From assembly GCA_003345595.1 (NCBI GenBank), contig PRDI01000119.1:1-13577 (forward strand): 13,577 nucleotides of DNA, read 5' to 3'. Origin of the DNA: Candidatus Thorarchaeota archaeon. GTDB lineage: Archaea; Asgardarchaeota; Thorarchaeia; Thorarchaeales; Thorarchaeaceae. The position numbers and the translations under genes were made by a program. Below are positions 6,065-13,577 of this stretch, piece by piece; position 1 is the first letter of the stretch; every line of letters starts with the position of its first letter. Under the pieces are notes generated by a model. The model worked only from the letters and a program-made list of their open reading frames with translations. It did no database searches and was not told the DNA's origin.

Positions 6065-7696
6065 TCAATGATGCTTCTTTCCAGTTGTTAGCTTTCCGCC
6101 GAAGACGACTAGAAGCAATATGACCGCTATGGCAATGTATAGGCCATACTGGCCAATGAAGTCTTCAGTCGTGGTTGTCACTATGGACCCCAGTGAGTCC
6201 CGGACATGTATCACCATCTCAAACCCCCTGTACCAAGAGGCAACTCCTGGGTTGACTTGGACGTAGGCAACGACTGTAATATTCGTGCCGTCAGCTTGCG
6301 CCGGAATCTGATATGTGAAGAACTCTGGGTGCCCCTTGGGCGATGTTATCACATTCGCGGTTATCGTGTGATTTGTCCAGGCACCGGCACCTATCTTGAC
6401 CCCCAGAATCACTTCTGTGATCGAGCTTGCATAGAGCTCTTCCGCAAAGACGGTCACATCGATTGCTGTCGTACTCTTAGGAATGTTCGGGTGCCAATAC
6501 AGGTTCACATAACTCTCAACATCGGCAGAAGCGATGCTCCAGTCATAGTCGTAGACTGCTTGGTACCACTGAGCAACGTTCTGGTTCTGGATAATGACGC
6601 CGGCTTCTCTGTTCTCGGCGATGCTTTCGTCACTGAAGTTTATACTGCAAATCAGAACAAGTCGCCCGTCAACGATGATGCCCTTGTTATGAATCTCAGA
6701 GAACCAAGTTGTGTCTTGCCAAGCAATCGGTATGCCGTAAGTCAGACAGATAGACGATATATTCTCGAAGTCCTTCACATCTGAGGTTATTATGCGAACG
6801 GTCACCCCGCGGTTCTTGGCCGCCACGATAGCGTTTATGACCTGATCAACTTGGCCTCCGTCGTATACGCTCGTAAAGTACGGTATCTGGATGTCCAGCG
6901 TCACTTGAGCGTTGTTTATGCAGTAAAGAATCCCCTGCAAGCTAGTGTCCGGACTGAAGATTGGTGTTACATTCATCTGACCGCTGAAAGTACCTGCCGC
7001 GGAAAACGGACGCGGGTAGCTACTGCCACTCTCAGTGTAAGACAAGGCAACTCCGGTGCCGTCTCCGGTACTGTAGTCCTTACCCCTGCCCCAATCGTAA
7101 TCGAAGACCGATCGATAGACCGTAGTCACATCAACATCAGTCATGGCTATGTTCCATTCACGGTTAGATATCTTCCCACTCTCGGGGAAGCTCGTCTTTG
7201 CCCAATTTCCTGATTGGACGATTGTTGTCTTATTGTCAATTATTATGAACTTCTGATGGGCTTGGGCGAAGTCAGCTGACTTGGTCCATTTGACTGGGAG
7301 TCCCAACTCTGTGAGATTGTTTGCGACCCACTTGTTGGGATCAGGATATCCAAGACTGTTCCAACCAATCAGGAACTTCATCTGCAACGATGGCTTCTGG
7401 CTGTGCAGCTGATGGATGAGATCGACTATGTATGGGTTATTAATACCGAAAATCTCAACGTAAATGCTCTGCTGAGCACTCTGCAGGAAATGCCACAACT
7501 GATCGCGACTGCCGTCGGGTGCAACAAATGTGGTAACATTCATGTTCTTGTTGAACGTCTGCCATGGAAAGGCGGCAGGTACGGATGGTTCCTGCCCACC
7601 TATGGCGAACGTGGTCTGTGAGAATACGGGACCTAGTCCTAATGTCATCAGGAAAACAAGCAGAATGCCGATAGTCCTAGAGCGAAAACCAACCAA
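6065..7696 (-). CDS. Phospholipase D superfamily protein (two HKD motifs) with signal peptide and C-terminal membrane anchor
   Basis: HQKFIIID...SGNW...NREW and HNKGIIVD...SINF...NREAG. It has an N-terminal hydrophobic leader, a beta-rich C-terminal domain, a Thr-rich linker and a TM helix (LYIAIAVILLLVVF). The TTG start is preceded by GGAGG. Confidence 0.92.
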   Translation of the reverse strand: MVGFRSRTIGILLVFLMTLGLGPVFSQTTFAIGGQEPSVPAAFPWQTFNKNMNVTTFVAPDGSRDQLWHFLQSAQQSIYVEIFGINNPYIVDLIHQLHSQKPSLQMKFLIGWNSLGYPDPNKWVANNLTELGLPVKWTKSADFAQAHQKFIIIDNKTTIVQSGNWAKTSFPESGKISNREWNIAMTDVDVTTVYRSVFDYDWGRGKDYSTGDGTGVALSYTESGSSYPRPFSAAGTFSGQMNVTPIFSPDTSLQGILYCINNAQVTLDIQIPYFTSVYDGGQVDQVINAIVAAKNRGVTVRIITSDVKDFENISSICLTYGIPIAWQDTTWFSEIHNKGIIVDGRLVLICSINFSDESIAENREAGVIIQNQNVAQWYQAVYDYDWSIASADVESYVNLYWHPNIPKSTTAIDVTVFAEELYASSITEVILGVKIGAGAWTNHTITANVITSPKGHPEFFTYQIPAQADGTNITVVAYVQVNPGVASWYRGFEMVIHVRDSLGSIVTTTTEDFIGQYGLYIAIAVILLLVVFGGKLTTGKKHH

Positions 7697-7704
7697 GGTC
7701 TAAT

Positions 7705-7709
7705 CCTCC
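7705..7709 (-). promoter_or_regulatory. Shine-Dalgarno-like GGAGG for the PLD gene
   Basis: Minus-strand GGAGG 8 nt upstream of TTG 7696. A TATAAG element lies further upstream at 7745-7750. Confidence 0.55.
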
Positions 7710-7782
7710 AAGATGGTGTGTTGCCGGCGAGGTCTTCTGAACCACTTATACCTTCTGAAAGAACTTATTATCTGGTTGTGCA

Positions 7783-8058
7783 ATGGTCAGCATCGTGAAG
7801 CTCTTCTATCATGTTGACCCCTCAGTGTACAGAGAACGCATGGACAAGGTTCGCCAGCAGTTCAGCATGCATGAGGAGGTCGACGAGGACAAGACGATCT
7901 TGCTGCTCGAGGACAAGTCCAAGATTGAGCTCGTCACTGGCAGCTATGACCCAAGATGCGATGAGAAAGCACTTGTCAGAGTTGTCTTGGTCGACAAGAA
8001 GCTTAAGGATTTCTTTGACTCGGTGTTCGGCACTCCTTACATGATAAAACAGGCCTGA
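7783..8058 (+). CDS. Small hypothetical alpha/beta protein
   Basis: 91-aa ATG ORF with soluble-protein composition and codon usage like its neighbours; divergent from the PLD gene. No family recognised. Confidence 0.8.
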   Translation: MVSIVKLFYHVDPSVYRERMDKVRQQFSMHEEVDEDKTILLLEDKSKIELVTGSYDPRCDEKALVRVVLVDKKLKDFFDSVFGTPYMIKQA

Positions 8059-8349
8059 AGGGAATTCACTGTTCGCGTTTGGCGAGAAATCTAGGTATCT
8101 GTCATGAAATGCTTGCGGACGTGGCAACCTTATTGTCCACACATCTGAGAAAAGACGAGTTCCTGATTGACCTAGGGTCATCGAGAGCCACAGTCAAAAG
8201 GCTCACTTCTCCCGTACCGCACCCAACTATCACAGGGAGCCGGGGCCACTACCGACTCCTTTGAGCTTGTCCAGCCTTGCGGCACAGGGACCTGAAGAGC
8301 TACGAACACGACGCGCGGCTCATCGGGCAGCTGTGGTCTTGGCGCAATC

Positions 8350-8356
8350 TTTTTTT
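8350..8356 (+). terminator. Possible archaeal oligo-T terminator
   Basis: T7 run upstream of the ABC operon; function inferred only. Confidence 0.25.
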
Positions 8357-8400
8357 CCTACAGTAAGAACGCAACTGGATACGATGCTATCTAGTCTTGC

Positions 8401-9447
8401 ATGGAGGTCGGACAGAACTTGGTGAAGACTGTAGAAGCGATCGACCTTGTCAAGCAGTTTGACGGGCTTACTGCGGTGGATAAGGTCAATATGTCTGTCG
8501 AGAAAGGCGAGCTATTCGGGTTGTTGGGACCGAATGGCGCGGGAAAGACGACCACGATAAAGATGCTGATTACGTTGTTGAAGCCAACCAGCGGCAAGGC
8601 ACTTGTTGCAGGTTTCGACGTCTTGACGGAGGCCGATGAAGTCAGAAGAAGAATCGGATATGTTCCGCAGGAATCGGCACTTGACGTGAGGCTGACCGCG
8701 GCCGAGAATCTCGAGCTATTCGCCGAGCTCTACGGACTGCCCAAGAGTGAGATCAAGCCGAGGATAAACGAAGTCCTCGAGCTAGTCGATCTGGACAAGA
8801 GAAAGAACGACCTTGTCGCACATTACAGCGGCGGAATGAAGCGGCGCCTTGAAATCTCCCGAGGTCTGCTTCCGACTCCTCAAGTACTCTTCTTGGATGA
8901 GCCGACCCTGGGTTTGGACCCTCAGAGTCGTCGTGTCGTCTGGGAATTCATTCACAAGCTCCAGAAGGACTGGGACCTCACAATACTGACGACGACCCAC
9001 TACCTTGACGAAGCAGAGCGCGAGATGGACAGGGTCGCAATCATCGACAAGGGTACGATCATGGCCATGGGACGGCCTGAAGACTTGAAGACTGAATTCG
9101 GCAAGGACGTAGTAGAGCTCGTTATCAAGTCCACTGACGGAGGCGATTCTGGGGAACAACTGAAGTCCAAGCTTTTGAGTCTGGAACTTGGTACTGACCT
9201 GTCTGTGAGCGACCGGAAGGTCAGGCTTGGTGTTCCCAATGGTAAGACCGCCCTGCCCTTGATAATGCACAAAATAGAGTCCGTAGGACTTGGGGTCGAG
9301 TCTATCTCGGTTAGGAGCCCCTCACTCGATGACGTGTTCATAAAGTACACAGGGCGTGGAATCAGAGAGGACGAGGGCGCACAGGATAGTGAGGACACGA
9401 AGAAGCAGAGGGCGATGATGATGGCCAGAATGAGGAGGCGAGTTTAG
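8401..9447 (+). CDS. ABC-2 type exporter ATP-binding subunit (DrrA-like)
   Basis: Walker A GPNGAGKT, Q-loop YVPQ, signature YSGGM, Walker B LFLDEPT, H-loop TTH and C-terminal PSLDDVFIKYTG. Confidence 0.97.
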   Translation: MEVGQNLVKTVEAIDLVKQFDGLTAVDKVNMSVEKGELFGLLGPNGAGKTTTIKMLITLLKPTSGKALVAGFDVLTEADEVRRRIGYVPQESALDVRLTAAENLELFAELYGLPKSEIKPRINEVLELVDLDKRKNDLVAHYSGGMKRRLEISRGLLPTPQVLFLDEPTLGLDPQSRRVVWEFIHKLQKDWDLTILTTTHYLDEAEREMDRVAIIDKGTIMAMGRPEDLKTEFGKDVVELVIKSTDGGDSGEQLKSKLLSLELGTDLSVSDRKVRLGVPNGKTALPLIMHKIESVGLGVESISVRSPSLDDVFIKYTGRGIREDEGAQDSEDTKKQRAMMMARMRRRV

Positions 9448-9450
9448 AAC

Positions 9451-10653
9451 ATGGTTCTCAGAGCAACCAGTGCAATATGGAAGCGCGAAATGCGCAAGTG
9501 GAGGAGAAACAGAACACAACTGATCAGCTCATTGCTTCTGCCGATCCTGTTTCTTCTGGTCATAGGTAATGCCTATTCGGGAACCTTCTCGGACATACCC
9601 GTGGCCATCACGAATCTTGATTCTGAAACCCCGGCACAGGTCTTTCAGGAGGCACTTCAGAACTCAACTTCACTATCCGTTGTTGCAACTAACATCTCCA
9701 TTTCCGATGCAATGGCGATGATAGACGATGGGAAAATCTTGGGATTCATACTGATACCTGTCAACTTCAGTAAGACCCTCTTGCCCTTGCCCTGGGGCGT
9801 GACTGTTAGCCCGAGCACCAGAATCAATGTCACCGATGACAATACCAACTTGATGGTTTCACAGGCATTGGAAGGACTGACTGCGCAAGTGCTGAACGAA
9901 ACACTGCACGACAATAGGGTTGCATCGTGGTTCACTGACGTGACACATTTGCCATTCCGCCTGTCGGAATTGTCCATAGGCAAGGTTGACAGGTATGCAA
10001 CGGGCTTCACATTCATTGACTTCCTCGCCCCTGGCATACTGCTCATGACAGTACTCTTCACTTCGCTATTCGCCGCAGGCATGCCAATCATTCTAGACCG
10101 AGAGGTGGGCTACTTTGACATGCTGCTGTCGACGCCAACGCGCCGCAGCGATATCGTTCTGGGGTTCACGTTGGCAGGAGTAACGAAGGTCATTGCGCAG
10201 GCGACGTTTGTTCTCGTGATTGCCATTGTTCTGGGCATCCACATGGCCCTGACCCCCCTCTCGCTCTTGTACATCTATGTGTTGGCAACACTTCTCGGTC
10301 TTGGCTTCGTGGGAATCTCGATAGCAATGAGTGTCAAGATTGAACTGACGGCAGTCCAGTTCGTCAATGGGTTGATCAACTTCCCGGTGTTCTTTCTTTC
10401 AGGTGCATTCTACCCGGTAGAATCCTTGCCAACATGGCTGAGGACAGTAGTGTACCTTAATCCGATGACATATGCTGTAGACGGGCTGAGAGCAGTCATG
10501 ATAAAGGGCGCGAGCATCCTCACCGTGATTCCGGACGTAGTGTTCGTGGGTGTCTTTGCGCTACTCACACAAATCCTCGGAAATCTAGCACTCTATCTTG
10601 CTCTCTCAGGAAGGCAGATACGAATACGACACAGAAGCCAAAGGACGAAGTAG
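9451..10653 (+). CDS. ABC-2 type exporter permease (DrrB-like) with a large extracytoplasmic loop
   Basis: One TM, a sequon-rich loop, then further TMs with FLAPG, DREVGYFDMLLSTP, FLSGAFYP and NPMTYAVDGLR. Starts 3 bp after the ATPase stop codon. Confidence 0.96.
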   Translation: MVLRATSAIWKREMRKWRRNRTQLISSLLLPILFLLVIGNAYSGTFSDIPVAITNLDSETPAQVFQEALQNSTSLSVVATNISISDAMAMIDDGKILGFILIPVNFSKTLLPLPWGVTVSPSTRINVTDDNTNLMVSQALEGLTAQVLNETLHDNRVASWFTDVTHLPFRLSELSIGKVDRYATGFTFIDFLAPGILLMTVLFTSLFAAGMPIILDREVGYFDMLLSTPTRRSDIVLGFTLAGVTKVIAQATFVLVIAIVLGIHMALTPLSLLYIYVLATLLGLGFVGISIAMSVKIELTAVQFVNGLINFPVFFLSGAFYPVESLPTWLRTVVYLNPMTYAVDGLRAVMIKGASILTVIPDVVFVGVFALLTQILGNLALYLALSGRQIRIRHRSQRTK

Positions 10654-10710
10654 CCTGCACCCAGACGACATGCCCGCGAGCTATGCACGACTCCGGCGCC
10701 TCTTCTTGGC

Positions 10711-11430
10711 CTAGTCACGTGGCGAAGATGATGTGGAGAGTCGTTTCCGGATGCCATCAACAAGAGACTCGTACACCCCTTTGCCATACGTTTGCCCTAG
10801 TTCTTGACCAATCTTCTTCATTAGGTTCTCCTCTTCGCCTGCGGGAATGTCGTCAGAGAGCCACGCATATGAGGGACCAAGTCGTTGTATTTTGGGGTGA
10901 AGTGTGACTATCTGTTCAATTGGCATGTAGTTTCTTAGCTCATTGAGGATACCTTGGAGTATTGAAGCAGGAGCTGGTCTGACCTTCTTCCTCACCGTTT
11001 TCCAGTCTGACCTCAGGAACCCCTTCATGAATTCGTCAAACGCCTTGTAGACAACTAGGTCTTGTGATGTCTTTCTGAGTTCTTTGTTGAATCTTCCTGA
11101 TTCATGCGCCAGGAAACACACCATGAGGTATTCCAGCATTTCCGGGAGATCCTCGCCTTTCTTCTCGGAATCGGCCAGAAGTGCAAAGCAATACTGCACG
11201 TCCTTTTGTTTCTCGTTGTGCAAGGTCAGGATTCGAAACACGAAAACCGCGTGCGGCATGACCACTCGGAGAACCCCGTCTTCTTCTCGCGACATCACCA
11301 TCTTGGCGAATGACTGTATAGCGGTCACAAAGCTTGAGATGAAGAGCTCCTGTTCATCTGTGGTCTTCTCTTGCATGAAGGAGTATACAGGGATGCCCCC
11401 CTGCTGAATCACTAGAAGACCCTTAATCAT
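10711..11430 (-). CDS. Longin-like domain protein with a helical C-terminal domain
   Basis: MIKGLLVIQQGGIPVYS (beta-beta), LFISSFVTAIQSF (alpha), three strands, then helices ending YKAFDEFM. This matches the longin/TRAPP-sedlin/AP-sigma topology. ATG 11430 overlaps the upstream stop (ATGATTAA), so GTG 11481 is unlikely to be the start. Confidence 0.72.
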   Translation of the reverse strand: MIKGLLVIQQGGIPVYSFMQEKTTDEQELFISSFVTAIQSFAKMVMSREEDGVLRVVMPHAVFVFRILTLHNEKQKDVQYCFALLADSEKKGEDLPEMLEYLMVCFLAHESGRFNKELRKTSQDLVVYKAFDEFMKGFLRSDWKTVRKKVRPAPASILQGILNELRNYMPIEQIVTLHPKIQRLGPSYAWLSDDIPAGEEENLMKKIGQELGQTYGKGVYESLVDGIRKRLSTSSSPRD

Positions 11431-12250
11431 CTCGACTGCTCGCCCTCTGTTTCCTGTATAGCCTGATGAACAGGCCGCCACTCAGGATAAAGGCGATATA
11501 GCCAATCGCCAAGGGGTAGTCCATCGGGCTGTACACGTTTGTGTACTCTCCCATCATGTCAGCATACATGTACCAGACGTCGCCCGCAGCTGTCAGCAGG
11601 AACCCAAGAACGAGGACGGCCCATGGTTTGGCAACCTGTCCGGACTTGAACTTCAGCACAATCACAAGAGCAAGAATGATGATGACCGTGTCAAAAAAGG
11701 GATAGCCCATCGAAACTATCGTGCCAAGGCCAACGGTTTCCGTGAGTAGTGGGGCCACGTCTATTGAGATCACCACTACCGCAATCAGAATCGAGAGAGC
11801 AATCCACAGGATGAACACGCTCGGCTTGAATCCGACGTGGATTGCACGCACATTCATGAGGAGGGCAAGAATCTGCATCATATAACCTGCGAGCCAGAAC
11901 ACGTCTGCGATTGAAGGATTGGTTATCTGGTCCATCACTGTGAGCACGAGCCAGCTGGCTTCGGCGGCGCACCAGAGGACAAAGCCCAAAGCGAGCGTCG
12001 ACATGATCTGTCCAGGCTTTGTGCTTGTGAAGCCGAACTGGCGTGCGAGCAAGCCAAAGACAGGAATGCAAAGCCCAGAGAGCGCAACGAAGACGAACCC
12101 TTCGAAGACCGATGCTGGACCTGCGTCAATTGGTTTGAATACATACCACCACGTTTCAAACACTGCTAGTGCAGCAATCCCGTAGAGCCACCACGTTCTC
12201 ACCAGTGGCTTCTCTGCTGCAGCTCCTCTCTGCTCGGTCAAAGTACCCAC
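11423..12250 (-). CDS. Polytopic (~8 TM) membrane protein resembling the membrane sensor domains of diguanylate cyclases/histidine kinases
   Basis: LGFVLWCAAEASW...NPSIADVFWLAGY and YPFFD...PWAVLVLGFLLTAAGDVWY...SPMDYPLAIGY. No cytoplasmic output domain. GTG start; a TTG three codons later is an alternative. Confidence 0.85.
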   Translation of the reverse strand: MGTLTEQRGAAAEKPLVRTWWLYGIAALAVFETWWYVFKPIDAGPASVFEGFVFVALSGLCIPVFGLLARQFGFTSTKPGQIMSTLALGFVLWCAAEASWLVLTVMDQITNPSIADVFWLAGYMMQILALLMNVRAIHVGFKPSVFILWIALSILIAVVVISIDVAPLLTETVGLGTIVSMGYPFFDTVIIILALVIVLKFKSGQVAKPWAVLVLGFLLTAAGDVWYMYADMMGEYTNVYSPMDYPLAIGYIAFILSGGLFIRLYRKQRASSRDD

Positions 12251-12628
12251 GTCAGCGCTGCAATATAGCCGTGCTTCAAAGTGCCAGACCCAAGATAAGG
12301 AAATCTCTGACCATTTGGCCGATTAGCGCAGGTTCTTCTCCCACTGCGTGATAGTTCCTCAGATCTACTTGAAGACTCGTCGGAGAGGTGAGAGTCTTTG
12401 AGGTGCGCTCAAGTCTAGATTGAAACAGACTCTGAAGGCGGCCGCCGACCTGGTTGACGTCAGAGTGTTTCTGCATTGGGGAGGTCCAGTGCAGGGCCCA
12501 AATGCCTAAGCCTCGGATACTTGTTTACAACTCGATGCGCTGGTTGGAGGATGCTTCTTTCCCGAGTCCGTCTACAATCCACTTGGAGGGCGGATGACCT
12601 GCTGGCAGAGGCGCCCTTTGCCTAGTCC

Positions 12629-12835
12629 TTACTGTCCTTCGACAATCGCGCCCTCAGGGCAACTGTCAGTGCACGCATAGCATTCCGTGCATTCGTCCTT
12701 ACGCTGGACTTGGTACTCTGAGGTCTTCTTCTTCGTCTTCTTGTCTTCTTTCAAAACGTAGAGTGAAGGGTCAACTGGACATACATCAACGCATGTTCCG
12801 CATCCCGTGCACTTCTCAGTTACCTTCCAAATCAT
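12629..12835 (-). CDS. 2[4Fe-4S] dicluster ferredoxin
   Basis: Two CxxCxxCxxxCP motifs (CTGCGTCVDVCP and CTECYACTDSCP, then EGAI). GAGG SD-like sequence upstream. Confidence 0.93.
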   Translation of the reverse strand: MIWKVTEKCTGCGTCVDVCPVDPSLYVLKEDKKTKKKTSEYQVQRKDECTECYACTDSCPEGAIVEGQ

Positions 12836-13038
12836 GGTTGTCCTCTCTTGAATGACTTTGTCAACGGACTTTGAACAGTCCGACGCGTTTGACGCTCAGA
12901 ATCCACAATTTAAAGAGAATGGTAACGCACTCCCATGCGCTGAATCGACCCTCGCCAATCGAGCAAGACAACCGCTTGCGCATTGAGGAAAAGGCATAAT
13001 CGACGATACTTCCAGTCCTGTGACGGAGTCGACGCACT

Positions 13039-13577
13039 ATGAATAAACCGGACAGAGCCTTTGAGGCCAATCAAAAGCTGTGGGATGAGCTTGCCAGACT
13101 CCATTTCGATTCAAAGACCTACAAGACCAAGGAGTTCCTTGAAGGATCAATTGTTCTGCATCCTATAGAGCTTCAAGAACTGGGTGAAGTCAAAGGAAAG
13201 ACACTCTTGCATCTGCAGTGTCAGTTTGGTCTAGACACGCTGTCATGGGCACGCAAAGGGGCAACTGTGACCGGTGTCGACTTCTCAGGGGCGTCTATCC
13301 AGCTGGCCAGAAGGTTATCTCGACAGACGCGTCTGAAGGCGAAATTCATCCAGTCCAACATCTATGACTTGCCGAATGCTCTTCATGAGGAGTTCGACAT
13401 TGTCTTCACCTCTTACGGTGTCCTCTGCTGGTTGCCTGACCTGCGAAAGTGGGCAGAGATCATTTCCCGCTTCCTGAAGAGCAAAGGGGTCTTCTACATA
13501 GCTGAGTTTCATCCCCTGATGTGGGTGTTCGATTGGGACTCACCAGATGGGTTCAGAATGAAGCGCAGCTACTTCCA
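13039..13577 (+). CDS. Class I SAM-dependent methyltransferase (3'-truncated)
   Basis: Manual translation from ATG 13039 is open to the window end: MNKPDRAFEANQKLWDELARLH...VKGKTLLHLQCQFGLDTLSWARKGATVTGVDFS...FDIVFTSYGVLCWLPDL...GVFYIAEFHP. Absent from the ORF track because there is no stop codon in the window. Confidence 0.93.
   Translation, partial: MNKPDRAFEANQKLWDELARLHFDSKTYKTKEFLEGSIVLHPIELQELGEVKGKTLLHLQCQFGLDTLSWARKGATVTGVDFSGASIQLARRLSRQTRLKAKFIQSNIYDLPNALHEEFDIVFTSYGVLCWLPDLRKWAEIISRFLKSKGVFYIAEFHPLMWVFDWDSPDGFRMKRSYF

Noticed and set aside
11423-11481. Sensor and longin genes as one frameshifted pseudogene or programmed fusion
   Set aside because: The clean ATGATTAA start/stop overlap at the first longin strand and the lack of an obvious slippery heptamer are better explained by translational coupling.
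495-12351. Remaining short overlapping ORFs in the track (e.g. 1005..1397, 3466..3852, 6206..6784, 8782..9270, 9657..10091, 11691..12071)
   Set aside because: They lie within or antisense to well-supported genes and lack recognisable protein motifs.
12276-12476. 66-aa minus-strand ORF
   Set aside because: No recognisable motif or ribosome-binding site; I cannot support it as a gene.
12861-13512. Minus-strand ORFs 12861..13070, 12910..13104 and 13315..13512
   Set aside because: They overlap the ferredoxin promoter region or are antisense to the clear methyltransferase gene starting at 13039.

Overview
Gene-dense archaeal window, most likely an Asgard archaeon of the Thorarchaeota type. This is inferred from the style of the ~90-aa Ig-like repeats, a standalone longin-like protein and glycosylation-sequon-rich type I membrane proteins; it was not confirmed by any search. 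In order: a 5'-truncated surface protein with five Ig-like repeats; a long intergenic hairpin; an 84-aa protein with an Asp/Glu-Trp repeat tail; a Cas2-fold (PaaX/ChrB-N-like) basic protein; a nitrilase-family C-N hydrolase; a MazG-like NTP pyrophosphatase; a 4-TM protein with an acidic tail; a TPR protein; a membrane-anchored two-HKD phospholipase D; a small hypothetical protein; a DrrAB-like ABC exporter; a coupled ~8-TM sensor-like protein plus longin-like protein; a 2[4Fe-4S] ferredoxin; and a 3'-truncated SAM methyltransferase missing from the ORF track. I saw no rRNA, tRNA, CRISPR array or transposase. The best candidates for novelty are the sensor + longin pair, the acidic-Trp tail protein and the hairpin at 1846-1941.
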